Of a stretch of 63,955 nt of DNA, positions 1 to 47,400 are shown in pieces. The stretch covers positions 52,392,001 to 52,455,955 of the forward strand of contig CM052817.1 in assembly GCA_028534125.1 (NCBI GenBank), written 5' to 3'. The translations under genes and the position numbers were made by a program. The notes beneath the pieces are model-generated. The model saw only the letters and a list, made by a program, of their open reading frames with translations, was not told the DNA's origin and ran no database searches. The DNA comes from Lama glama (taxonomy: Eukaryota). The first letter of the stretch is position 1, and every line of letters starts with the position of its first letter.

Positions 1-1039
1 TTACATGAATATTATTAAAATGGACAATTTGACAGCTAATACACGCTCACAATAGGTACTCAATGACTACTGTCAAATATAAATGATTTTTCATAAGGTT
101 TGTATTTTCTCCAATATCCATAGTTGGAAACTCAATTAAAACTGTAGAAGTCTCTTTTGTATTCATTTGCATCATATTTTGACAGCAGCTTTTCAATGGG
201 TAATAAAGTTGCTATTTTTAAATACTTTTCAACAAATAATGTTAGCATATATTCCATAACAAATGGCTATATAAATAAAAACAAGTATTAGCAAATAACA
301 GACAAAACATAAATTGTCTTTACCTGCATATATTCTAATTAAAAAATCAAATGTCAGAGTTTGTGTCTTCCTCATTTGCCATAGTATAACTAAATTTTGT
401 TTAGATATAATCCTAAATAGCTTTTAACTTATGATCACGATTTTTGACTTATGGGTCATTTGTCCAAGAGAACTTACATATGTAAGTTGTCTTTTTGCAG
501 TAAATTTAGAAATAATTGATTGCAATAGACCAGTGTATCATATTATCATTACTCTTACTGACATTTTAGAAAGTAATATTTTAAAAATGAAATAACAATT
601 CCTTTGACAATACTCTTCTTTTAATTTATTATTTATCAAGTTAATTTGCTTAAAATTGTATCTCAAAGTTAAGAATTAAATATTCAACAGAGATTTTAAA
701 TAATAACAGAATTAATTTCAAGAGAAAATAATTATATTCTGGTAATTGTGAACTAACTTTTTTATTATGTCAGTGCAAATTAAAGATATTTTGATTATCC
801 TATCTAGATAGAATTCTTTAGTAATCTATTCATTCCTAATAGTAGTATAAGTAGAAGATACTAAAGTGATGTTTCTACTATGATCAATATGCCCATAATT
901 TTAAAAGTCAATAGTATGTATTATTTTGATAGAGAAAATAACCCACTTTCACATGCCAATATTGAATGAATTTTTAATGAGATCAAAGTTCTCTAGTTTT
1001 AAATTAAGATTTTTAAGATTTGTATTGAAGAATAATTTG

Positions 1040-1230
1040 CAAAGTCATAGGTCACTTTACCTAGATAAATGCCGCAAACTGAATTGTTATCAGTCCCAGG
1101 TCAAAAAGCAGAAAATCACCACCCCTAAAGCTCCCGTCATGCTTTCTTCCAGAATCATCCATCAGAGCTTGTGAGCACCCTGCCAAAGGTAACCACTATC
1201 TCCATTTCTGACACTAGATAATCAGTTTTA
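1040..1230 (-). mobile_element. Old L1 (L1ME-like) 3' fragment
   Basis: caggtcaaaaagcagaaaatcaccaccc...ccaaaggtaaccactatc...ttctgacac resembles an antisense L1ME 3' UTR. Confidence 0.55.
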
Positions 1231-1324
1231 TTCATGTCCTAAGATCTAATCTGTCTTCCAATGGAAGCTTTTAAAATGTTTTTACACCTGTGTGGACAAT
1301 CAAATGTTATTTGTCTTTGAATAG

Positions 1325-35464
<34,140 letters not shown>

Positions 35465-36755
35465 GAAAAAATAAGTGATCTTATCTCATATACAGAAAAG
35501 TAGTATATGGACTCACTAAATCAAACTTGATGAATGATGGTTGCCTATTGTGTTTCAGAAATTCACAAATAACAGTATTTTTTCTGAGTAAAAATATAAA
35601 ATGGTAGTACCTAGCTAAATTTAGAGTAATAAACTTCAGACAAATGAAAAGTAGAAATTATAATATGACTAATGAAAAATAGCATCCAATATGTTTGCAA
35701 GGGATTGATCCTTGAATGAAATCTTCTTACTTCATTAAATATTTCATAATACAATTTGCTTAGGACAATTTAAAATATCTGAATTCTAAGGTAAATATTT
35801 TTAAAAGTTGTAACATTTAATCACTCAAATTCTATATATTATTTTGACAGCAATTTAACATTTTTCTTACTGTTCAATATGTTACTGAGAAGTATCAAGT
35901 ATCTTATGCTAAGAGATCAATTTCTTATGAAAATTCTACCTATATTAAAAGTTAAATAGCTGTAATTAGCCATGTACCTTACTTATTCATAATATATACA
36001 TTGTATATCATTCTGGAATTTTAACAGTCATAAATGAATAAATCACATTTATATATGAATATATATATTGAAATATATATTTTTCAATGGATTACATGTG
36101 ATGATAAAAAGAGAGTGCATTGGAACTTTGAGGTGTAAAGTGTAAAGATATTTTTGCTTTATTTTTACACTTTTAAATTCCTATGTCTTCTCCAAGGCTG
36201 TATGCATGTGTATATGAGTGTATATGTGAATATGCATATATATTTTGACAAGGATATAACTGACAAAAATTAAATACATATTATATATTTAAAAGAAATT
36301 CTTAGTTTCTTCATATTTAAATTGGGGTTGTTTAGATTGGTTAATTTCTAGAGACTTTCCAATTCTCTGACATAAATCTCTCTCTCTAGATAGATAGATG
36401 TACATATATCAAAATATCCTCATTAAAGTTCTTAGATATATTTATATATGACATAATATCCTTGGTAAAAGTAGGTCTATATGCATTCTGTGAGAGTTTA
36501 TGTGAACGACTATTTAAGAAATAACAAAAGCACTCCTTTAAAAACGTTATTATCATTCCCAAATGTAAAATATTAAAATATCTCATGGGAAGACAACAAA
36601 CTTTAATTCACTAATACCCATTCAGTAAAATAGCATGGAATCATATTTGTCATAACATAATATGCCATCCTAAATATGCTTCATTATACTGTATTCCCCC
36701 AAAGTGCCAGTATCCTCATCTTATAAATAAAATGCACTTACATTCTCGAATTTTA
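35465..36755 (+). other. TECRL: TECRL 3' UTR (end uncertain)
   Basis: AU-rich sequence with no recognised transposon after the stop; AATAAA at 35628, 36037, 36726 and 37166. Confidence 0.55.
36726..36731 (+). terminator. Candidate polyadenylation signal
   Basis: AATAAA followed about 30 nt later by a GU/U-rich element (ttcttgtatgtgtattttc). Confidence 0.45.
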
Positions 36756-38356
36756 AAATTCTTGTATGTGTATTTTCAACAACTACGATTTTTATGAAAA
36801 TTAAAGATTATGATGATATTAGCATTCACAAATCCACGTTTTCAATAGAGAAAGACAAATACGCCTTATTTCTAATTTAAATGAGGTATGTATATACATG
36901 ATATCATCATTAAAGTAATGAGATTGGTCAAGAAGCAGTTTTGTAGTTTAAGGAACAAGTTAAATGTTATCAGCCATATAACTGGGAAACAGTACTAAGA
37001 TACTGCCACTTAGCATTCAAATTTTCCTACTCCATTCATTGATAAATTTGTTAAAGGAACTAAATGTCAGCTGTGGGCAAACAGTAGATGAGAGAAGAAA
37101 ATGTAATAATGCAGCCTCTGCTTTTTAGATAGTTTACTTATTTAGAAGCCAACATAATTCATAACAATAAAACAAATCATTAATTGAATTAATTAAATTG
37201 AATTAATTGAAATTAATTAAAAACACATATGAAAAGAATACTAACATTTTCTGGTTTTGTTCTTTTATTCTTTGGACTACATCAGATATAAAGGAATGGA
37301 ATTACCACAACTTGTATTTTCCTGTTAAAAATTATCTTCCCTGGTTGTATTCAATATCCTGGTTCAAATGATCAGTCTCCTCTCAGGCCATTTCTCTATT
37401 ATATCTTAGAATGCATTTGCTCTCCATTTTTTCACTCTATCACTTTTGTAGAGCATACTACTTATACATTTAAAAAAACACCACAGAAAGTTTAAAAATA
37501 GAAAATATACCATTACTGGCTGGTATATAAAATATACCAGGAACATTTCTTTTGAGAAATGCATAGATCTGTGAATTAATGCCTGATGATATCTTCAAAG
37601 ATTGGGTTACCTATCAGTTTACTTTGGGTTACTTGGTGTTTAGTAATTCTCTTCTACATATCTCTACATGAATTGGTTTAAGCAGTCTTCAAGAGGATGA
37701 AACTACTCAAAGTAGACTAGACCACAAGGAAAATGAATTTTTCACATAAATCTTCCCCTTATCAAAGCAGAACTTACTATATCTTTACTAATGAAGTCCC
37801 CATTCCAGGGGATGGGAAATAATCATAAGCAGTAGAGGAAAAATATAATCACAGATCAAAGATCTTAGCTTCTACCTCCAAATCATTTAGTGTAACAGTT
37901 ATGATCCTGGCAGCCTACAGTTTTGCACATAATATAGTCAATAACATATTTAAATTTTATGAACATAATTAAGCAGTCAAGATTTAATAAATTAACATTA
38001 AAACTTTCTGACAGATACTAGAGTTGTGATTACATATGATATTAAAAAGAAGCATCACAGTTAATCTAATCATTGATGGCTAAATTTTAAATAATTGTCT
38101 GGAATATTACTTTTTCTATTCAAAAATAAAAATTGGAGACAGTGTTTTTAAAATACCACATCTCCGTCTTTTGCACATTTCTTATAAAAAGTAGCTGGAG
38201 AGGGAAATAAACCGAAAGAAAAACAAAAGAACAAAAGTTGTAACAGCTGCTACCTCACTCCATATTATTATAGCCTCTTACCTGTCTTCCCCACCCCTTC
38301 ATCAATTGTAGCTCAAGCTGCTACTTTAAAGGTGTTTTTGGTTTGTTTGCACATGG

Positions 38357-38390
38357 TTTGTTTGTTTGTTTGTTTGTTTTGTTTTGTTTT
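38357..38390. repeat. (GTTT)n/(GTTTT)n simple repeat
   Basis: Seen directly. Confidence 0.9.
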
Positions 38391-38749
38391 TAATTTCTGG
38401 CTAAGTTTGAATAAAAATATACCCTTACGACACTTAGTGCATTTTGTCTTTTAGCAAAAGTTTTGTGGAAACAAAACCTATTCTCAAATGGTTAAAATTA
38501 AACTTTTTTTGGTGTTTTGTTCAGGTTTTCTGGCACCTTGAGAAATTTTTCAGGCCTCTAGCTGGTTGAGATAGGACTAAAGACTGCTTAGCACTTTTGT
38601 CAGTCTCTCTATAGATAAACAACAAGGTTTCTCTAGAAGTATCATTTTCTGATTTCCCATAGAAAGTTGAAAGAAGTAAATTTCACTGTATCAGATGCTA
38701 GCCTTGAAAGAAAGAATGCACAGAAAAATGCCCACTGCTTCAGCCCAGA

Positions 38750-38930
38750 GGCCAGCATTATCTTTGAGATCCAATCAGAGTTTGATAACTTCTCACTTCC
38801 TCCACCACTACCATTTTCTCTCACCATCATCACTCATCTAGCCCCTTACCTGGTCTCCAGCTTCTAGTATTGACATCTACTATCTAATCTCAACACAGTA
38901 GTTAGTGTGACTCTTTGAAAATGAAAATCA
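38750..38930 (+). mobile_element. L2 fragment
   Basis: atccaatcagagtttgataacttctcact...caccatcatcactcatct...ctggtctcc...ctcaacacagtag...ctttgaaaatgaaaatc. Confidence 0.55.
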
Positions 38931-38949
38931 TTGAACACCGACACTCAAA

Positions 38950-39352
38950 CAAGCATATTCATAACAACCCATTATCCACTGATGAATGAATGGGTAAACA
39001 AAATATGGTGTATCTATACAATGGAATATTCTTCATCTTTAAAAAGGGAGTTCTGAGACATCCTACAACATGGGTGAAAAAGACAAATCTAGTATTATTC
39101 CACTTATATGAGGGACCTAGAGCAGAAATTCTTAGAGACAGAAGGTAGAATAGGGGTTGCCAGGGGGTGGAGAAAGAGGGGGATGGGTAGTTGTTGTTTA
39201 ATGGGTATAGAGTTTCGATTTGGGATGATGAAAAAGTTCTGGAGATGGATGGTGGTGATGGTTGTACAACAATATGAGTATAATTAATGTCACTGAACTT
39301 GTACACTTAAAAATAGTTAATGTGGTCAATTTTATGTGTATTTACCACAACT
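38950..39352 (+). mobile_element. L1MB-like 3' end
   Basis: atccactgatgaatgaatgggtaaacaaaatatggtg...gggtatagagtttc...gatgatgaaaaagttctggagatggatggtggtgatggttgtacaaca...cactgaacttgtacacttaaaaat. Confidence 0.9.
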
Positions 39353-41780
39353 GAAAATGACTAAAATTCCATTAAAAGTAAAAAAATGAAAAAAAACTTA
39401 TTCACTAACTCATACACACAGGCAGCAATTTTAAGCAATATTTCTTAAAAGAGACAATAAAATATGGTAGCATCAAATATTTTTCAAATAAATGAAACAT
39501 ATTCTTATTTTTAAATGTGCATGTTCAATCTTACTTCTCTATAAAAATGTTATGCTTAATATCAAAGGGTAATCAAATCACAAAATTCAACACTATAGTT
39601 GAATATCTTGTATATTGACCTTTAATCATGTAATTAAACGTATTTTCAAGATATTTTAAATTCAATTTTAATTAACTGTCACTGAGCACATGTTACACTT
39701 TTGCAGTTGATGTATTTCAGTTATAACATTTGTGCTCATAAAGTAAAATGACCTGTGAATCAATAATGAGGGTTCTATTTTTATTTTTAATAAAAAAGGA
39801 AAAAAAAACCCTTGTGGTTGCTCTTGGATATTAGAAGTGATTATAGCAAATGTTACTTTATAAGTACAATTAAAAGCATTTATGCAGCTTTTGCATAATG
39901 ATAATAATTAAAAAACATTTATTCTAAAGGCTGCTTAAAAGTTAATTTTCACCCAGGTGCATACTGAAGCCTATAATTAGCCTTCCTTTAGGGGAGGTTT
40001 GATCATCAAGATGTACAAAAGCATTTTGGAGGCAGAAGTTCCCTGTTAAAATGGGATTTTGATTTTTAACTGTAGTTAGATAACAGTGCTTAAAACATGT
40101 AAGAAAAAAAGTTCAGGTATGTTTTAAAAAACAAATGTATAATCATACCAGATTTATTTTCCTGAGACTATAGGAGACATATGTTTATATTTTTGGACTG
40201 AGAAATGATTGGTGCCCATAAAATTCTATTTTTTCCGTCAAATATAAAAAATGTTCACAACAATCACAAAGTATAATTTTCTGTGTATCCCATCATTCTA
40301 CTGACCTGGAAATCAATGTTATTTCTACAATAAATTCTTTATAATTCATTCTTTTTCTATCAATGATTTCCTAATTGTTATCCATTCAACAAATAGGTTG
40401 TTTTCCAAGTTTTCTTGTCCTTCCTGGTAGAATCTCCAAGTAAAAGGAATTATTATACTTTGTCTAATCATCTATTGGCTAATTCAACAGAAAATATAAT
40501 AGGATAAATAACCCCAATAAAGATTTCTTTCCTATATTTATGTTTACATTTACATTATCAATTAGTTTTACATTAAGAAGAAATTTATAAAAATAAAAAG
40601 TAAGTCATTTAGGAATTATTACTGCAAAATATCTTATATTGGCTAGGTTTGCTTACCTTAAGATGTTAGATATGTGTTTTCTTATCATTTTCTTATCTAT
40701 AAAATATTTGAGGTAAGCAACCTATAATATACTTTTGCTATAAATTCTTACAGGAAATGGTTGTAGATTTAAATAATTGTCAATTCTTATTGCTTCTAAT
40801 GTTATATAACATCCATGTTTGAATTACATTACCAATATTTAGTTTTTATATTATATAATTTCTGTTAATCCATTAAAGATATTTATTGGTATCTGGTATC
40901 TAAAAAACAGGTCTGAGCTCTCCTGAATAAGGTAAACAAGGCTTTTATTTCTTGGAGCCTCATTTGAGATAGAAAATGAGAATATAACTAATAAATGAGT
41001 GGCAAAGTAATTTTAGACTATGCTCATGCTATAAGAAAATCAATTGTGTGCTATGACAGAGTAAACAGTGATATGAGGGGCAGGATGAAGCAGATGGTGA
41101 GACTCTGAATTTGCTAATTGGATGAACTTTCAGCTGACACTGTCAATTTATGCTATAGCTAGAAAATGGAGTTATATTTAACTTTTAAAATATATATTCT
41201 ATGAATTTTAATTGGCATAATTAAATCCTAATAAGAAAGATTAAATGAAATAGAATGCAAAAGTGATAAGCACTTATTCTGTAGATATTTTACAACACTA
41301 AAGCAAAAAACAAAATAGAAAACTACCAAAAATAGAAGCAAATTTACATACTAAATAATAATATAAAAGAAAGAAAAGTGTCAAAAAATTCACAATTATA
41401 AGGTAGGAGGATTAAAAATAATTTTTTTCTGTCTGTTCTATGTTTTCCAGATTGTTTACCATGAACAAGTATAATCTACTAAATTTTTCTTTAAAACTTT
41501 ATTGAAAGCAACAGATTCTTTATGGACTGGTTCCTGCATTTTTTCTCTAGTGTAATCTTCAAAGATATTTTCTCATACTCCCTATGTTCAAATAATTACT
41601 AATCAACTTAATATGAATTGAATTTTTCATGATTTTATATGGCTAAGTTTCTGTATGTGTTCTTCATATTATAATATGAACTCCCTTAAAGATATTCTTT
41701 TTTTGAAATGTTACTTTATATTAAAATTCACCTTGTATATAAAAAGTTACTACGGGTTGGTTAGGTAAAAATTATGAGTA

Positions 41781-42442
41781 TGATACAGGAAAAATGAACG
41801 TAGGGCCAAAGGATGGCCGTGTCACAGGTCTCGGTTGAGTCCCTCAGAAACCCTGCCAAGTGTGGCTTCTTGGCTTCATGTAGGAAAGAACTCAAGAGTG
41901 TGTCACATACAGTTGAGTAAAGATAGATTTACTCAGAGAGATACATACTCCATAGATAGAGGGCAGGCTGTCTCTGAAGGCAAGAGAAAGGCCACGAGGT
42001 GTGGGGGTTGGGTGCTTAGTATAAAGTAAATTTAGTTACACACTCCATAGACAGAGTGTGGGCCATCTCACTCAGAAGAGAGAGCAGACATGAAGTGTGG
42101 GGATAGTTAGTTTTTATGGCCTGGGTAACTTTTTACGCTAACAAGTGGGAAGATTATTCCAACTACTTTGGGAAAGGGGCTGGGATTCCCAGGAACTGGG
42201 TCACCATCACTTTTTGACCTTATATGGTCAGTCTTGGAACTGTCATGGTGCCTGTGGGAGTGCCAGTTAGCATGTTAGTATATTACAATGAGCATATAAT
42301 GAAGCTCAAGGCCTACTGGAAGTCAAATCTCCCGCCATCGTGGGCCTCAAGGCCTGTTGGGAGTTGATTTTCCACCAGTTTGATGTTAATTGCTGTGTTA
42401 TTTCTTGAATGACTCTGCCCTGTGCCCTTCCTTCCTGTCTGA
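41781..42442 (-). mobile_element. ERV1 solo LTR, MER41-like
   Basis: Imperfect inverted termini TGATACAGGA...TCCTGTCTGA; GAGTA at 41776-41780 and 42441-42445; internal gggaaagggg...attcccaggaactg...aactgtcatggtgc...gggagtg...agcatataatga resembles MER41 as recalled; more GC-rich than the flanks. Confidence 0.8.
42218..42227. promoter_or_regulatory. Perfect CArG box (SRF motif) inside the LTR
   Basis: CCTTATATGG matches CC(A/T)6GG; function untested. Confidence 0.45.
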
Positions 42443-43099
42443 GTAGGTATTCATCACCTGCAGTCTAGATTAGATGCAAAAAAACAATGTGGAATACTGT
42501 TTATACTAAATAGAGAACTACAGCACCTTTTCTCTTCTTGGCACCTCTTTTCTAGCTCCAACATCTATATTCTTACCTCCCTGATTATCTATCTATTCAA
42601 TATACACCTACATTTATTACTTATTTCTATTCATCTAATTACCATTTCTTTATTTAATAGAATTATTCAGGGGTTTCAAATTTCACAAGAACAATTATTT
42701 CCTCTTGGGGCTCTGCCTTCTCCATTGTCTCAAAACACATAGTTGTACTTCCCTGCTTGGGTAAATCATGTCTTCTCACTCTTCCATTCCCCCCCAAAAT
42801 CTAACATGATCATAACTTTCTTTATTGATAACTTATTTTTCAAACAGTTAGAGAAAAACATATGTATATAATTTGTATATAATAAAGTAATCCTTTGTGA
42901 AAAATATTTCTCTATGATTTACAGATTTATATTTCACAAAGGAAAAAGCACTCCTATATATTAATAAATATTATAGCAAAATAAAAAAGAAACATGAAGA
43001 GTTAACATTTATTGACAAGCAGGAACTACATATTTTCATTTAATATTCCCCAAGTCCTCACAGTATTACTGAAGACACCGAATTTTGAGAGAGAGTACT

Positions 43100-43875
43100 G
43101 CAGTGGCTTACCAACATGAGTGCTTTTATCCCCCAGGAAATATTTTACAATACTTGGGACATTTTTGATTGACAGAACTCAGAATTTACTACTGGCATGT
43201 AGAGAGTAGAAACCAGAAGTGCTGCTGAACATCCTACAGGATACACCTGCTCCAACAACAACCCCACCAACAAGCATACAATAAAGTATTGTTGCCCCAA
43301 AAGGTAAAGATTCCGATTCTTGTCAGACTCAAAAGATAAGTTTACAGTTGGGAGATGGTACATTTGTAGTGAAAATTTTAAAAGATTTATTTGAAAAGAA
43401 AGGAAAAGTACCCCCCCTCCAAGAACAGGATGTGGGCTGACCCAAGGGAGGAAAAGTGGTGGTTTTTATCTCCCCTTTCTCTTATACCCTTGCTTAGAGG
43501 TGGTCTCTTGATTGATGGCTCCTTTCCCTAGAATGCTTAGTTACATTCGACCCCTTTGTGTATGTCCTTACCCAAGGTGTAGACAGAAAAACCTGTGGGG
43601 CAGGTGCCTAAATCACAATGTTAATTATAATACAATGAGTATTGGCACTATCTGGTTAAGTCCTTTCTGCTACTGCACAGTTGTGGCTGTGGAGTTTTAA
43701 CCAGTTTCTTGCTGACACTCATTTAGAAATCAAGTCGCTTTAAGAGGCAGGCAAAATGCCATCTTCTGGACTACCTTCCCGCTCCTCCACCTATCTGCCC
43801 AGTGCCCCCACTTATCTAACTACCTAATACTATCACCCATTTAAAAATAGTATTAGTGCTAACAGTAAGAACCAA
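43100..43875 (+). mobile_element. MER20-like hAT-Charlie element split by an LTR (pieces about 43100-43289 and 43830-43875)
   Basis: cagtgg...ccccaggaaatattt...gacatttttgattg...tactggcatgtagagagtaga...gctgctgaacatcctaca; resumes tatc...aaaatagtattagtgc...aagaacc. Confidence 0.7.
43290..43829 (-). mobile_element. ERV1-type solo LTR nested in MER20
   Basis: Starts TGTTG, ends CCTAATA; 4-bp flanks GTAT/CTAT; TTTATT at 43386-43391 (minus-strand AATAAA); GC-richer than the flanks. Confidence 0.7.
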
Positions 43876-44195
43876 AAATATACAGGATAGATGACTTGTC
43901 CACAGTCACACTGTCAGTAATTAGTAGAGCTGAAATCAACTTTTTTCACATCAAGTATATTAGTTAAATGTATCTCAAAATGTATTTGTTAAAAGCATGC
44001 CATTAATTGTTCTTTTCTTTATATTATTTTTTGTTTATTAACTTTCACATTATGTGACATGACTGAAACCACTCCTAGTTGATATATACATTTTTGTAAC
44101 AAAATGGATAGAATGTCACATCAAATGGTAATTTGGACATTTATTTAAAGACATTAAGTGGTTCTCCATTAATACTAGAATTAAGATCTGGCTAG

Positions 44196-44480
44196 TTGTT
44201 TTGTTGGCTTTTGTTTGTTTCTTTCTTTGATTTTCTTTTTGGTTTCTTTTCTCCAGTTTTATTGAGATATAATTGTCAAGTAACATGGTGTAAGGTTAAG
44301 ATGTACAACACAGTGATTTGACATATATATATGTCAAATTATATATATATATATTGCAAAATGATTGCCACTAAAATGTTAGTTAATAAATCCATGACCT
44401 TGTATAATTTTTCTGTTTGCTTTTTGTTTGCTGTGGTGAGGATATTTAAGATCTACTCTCAGCAATTTTCAAGTACATAA
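44196..44480 (-). mobile_element. L1MA9-like 3' end with a decayed poly(T) tail
   Basis: ccagttttattgagatataattg...taagatgtacaaca...gtggtgaggatatttaagatctactctcagcaattttcaagtaca. Confidence 0.8.
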
Positions 44481-47400
44481 GCAAGCCAGTTACACTGGTA
44501 TTCAGGTCTCTCCATAATCAGGCCATAACCTATCCAATACTTGCTCAGCCAGAACAATCATTTATATTTCCTCAGTCACAATATACTATCTCTAGTATGG
44601 CTGCTTTCATTCATGCATTATCCCGCTTATACTCATCTCTACACTTAATCTCATCCCAACTTTTTTAATACTCAAGCAAGACCCAGCTCAAGGTTATAGT
44701 CTCCAGAAATTCTTTTCTAAATCTTTCCTACTCCAGTAAGTTTTATATTTTCCTTCTCTAGTTCCTTAATACCATGTGCACACCTATTTCTCTGCTTTAT
44801 AGATAAACTCATGGAACTAAAGTTAAGGCTTCAAATCATGTTCTCATATATATTAAATATGTGATACTTGATAAGACCAGGATTTTTAAGTCTCAGTAAA
44901 ATGAGGACAGATAGCAACAGACTAAATAACTTTGGCAAAGACATCGTAAATATAGTCCAAATAAGAACTAAATAGAGAACGCAAGTGATTAAATAATTTC
45001 CTGGGATCAAAATAACTGTTTATAACTTAGTTTCTTCTTCTGTAAGATACAGACATTTACTCAAATAAGTTTATCATATAACTATTTTGCAGACCTCAAA
45101 AGACTGTGGTTTTGATATAAAGCTACTGTAAAATATTATATACTATAGGAATATGATTTTGAAATTTAAACACTAAATCTGATTTATACTGGTGTTTATT
45201 ATTAAATATTAAAACTGTATTTAGCATTTACTAAAGTTAGATTCTAAATACTGTAAGAATAATAATCTGGAAGTTATAAAGTAGTAAATAGGTCCCAACT
45301 GTCCTGAAATTAATTACAGGGTATAAGAAAAAAAGAAGGAATGCAATCATTGCAGATTTAAAAAATATTATTTTATCATTATTTACCAGTTAAGAAAAAA
45401 CACAGGATTCAAGGAGGAAAAAGATATTAGAATCTGTGAATTTTTTACTTAGAAAAACTGTCCAAACTACATAATTCATAAGCACCATCAATAGGCATAT
45501 CATGTGTATTCATGACATTCTATGTTGGTACAACTGCAACTGTGCAATTTCACTTTGGCTTTTTGTTTAATGAATTAGAAGTTATTTTACACACCTATAA
45601 TCTATGTTATTCTCACACAACTTGCCTGATTTTTATAGACTATCCTGCTAAGCTGGTATTTATTTCTGTGCTGGAGATTGAGAACCCAGTACCTGAAGTC
45701 ATCCCACAACAGCAGATGATCTTGGATTAAAATCTACCTTCTCTTCCTGCACATTAAGCCCTGTATCAATGGGAACATTCCCATATTTTTCACCAATGTA
45801 TCCTTTGTTGGCCCAGAAAAATCTTCTGTTTTTGATTCATTTGTGTACTTTCATCATTTGAATACATATAACTCCCTAAATACAGTAACTTCATTACTAT
45901 CTAACCAAGTTTCATTATGAGAAAAAAACATAAAAGCAAATTACTCCTTTAGTTATTTTACTATTTAACATATTTTGTTTTAAATAGCTGTTTCTTCCTG
46001 CCAACTGATTCTCTACACCTGTGATTAATTAGAGGAGAATAGGTACACATATACTTTTAAATGTTAAGGCCCTGATTATAATTACTTGTCACTATTTATT
46101 AAGCACTTACAAATTAATTAACATGCGGATGTAAGGTTAATTTAAGTGTACATGAAAATAATGCTCTGCCTTCTGGTAGTACCAGCTTCTAAGCCAACTG
46201 AAGAGAACTGTATGGGACCAAATTTTAATATTCAAAAAGTGCCTTGAAGGTATTTGTCTAATCTGACTCTAATAAGCTTTCATCTCCATTACAATTAACT
46301 GCGTGTCTGTTTGTAAGCATGCATGCACGTCTGTTTGCCCCAAAAGAGGCAAAACCATAAAGTTATGAAATCATCTTTAAAGATGAACTGAATTAACAAC
46401 TTCTTTATAAAACTTTCCATAATCTTCCCTTTCTTTCCCTCTTCTCTTCTGGAAGTTTCTGGTTATTGTTTCTTTTGGGCCCCCAAATATGCTTACTATA
46501 CTCTATTATACTCAAATATGCTATATTATACCAGGCTATATACCATATATCATATTATATGTACTTCATATCTTCCTGCATTAATAGATAATATGCTCTC
46601 TGCATTTCTTGAAGACAAGAATCATGCTTTAATCATCCTTGTATCTACAGTGATGAGAAATGATTCAAGAATTCTACAGGGGCTTAATCTATAGATGAAT
46701 CTCAATTTTAGGGCTTTTCCTTCTCTTTTAGTTAGAAGTATTAAATCTAGACTGTTAATGTAAAATCAGTTTTTACAATGGTATAACTCAGATGTAATTT
46801 TTTTCTGGCAACTGCTACATGGCAAAAGTCCAGTTTTAAAAGACTGACAAACAGGAGTACCATTTAGTAAGTATTTAGAGAAAATGGTCACTTTTGTCTA
46901 TTTCAAGTCAATCCATGTAAGAACACTACATCTGGACCCATGCAACAGGCTACTGCAAAATGCAAAGCAAACAAGCAGTTTGATGTTCTGAGAATTAAAA
47001 TATATAGCATGTGAGGAAAAAAAATCTTAAAAATTTGACATTGCTAGAGTGAGTATAGTGGATGATCATATTTCTTCTACATTATTATTTGTGGATAATG
47101 CATTATAAACCATGATGACAAGAAGTTTGCCCCTGAGTAGCACTGAGAATGTTCTTTTCCAGAAATATTTTGAAAATGTAAATAGTTTTATTTGTCAGAG
47201 CATTCAAATGTCTTGTTGACATATACAATCTATAGACAATGATACAGGGAAAAATTACAGCACCAAAAGAAAGTAGACAAAGGAGAACAGTCATTTGTGG
47301 ATGTTTTGATGGATTAAATAAAATAATAGGCTGGGAAAACATTAGGCAGATTGCTATAATTTGCCAAAATACTAATAAATGTTTGTGGTATTGAATGAAA

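Noticed and set aside
37181..37220. AATTAATTG-type self-complementary tandem repeat
   Set aside because: Short AT-only slippage repeat with no spacers; not CRISPR-like and not a credible RNA gene.
41781..43829. Two LTRs as the ends of one deleted provirus
   Set aside because: They do not resemble each other, have separate flanking repeats, and the DNA between them is host sequence plus MER20.
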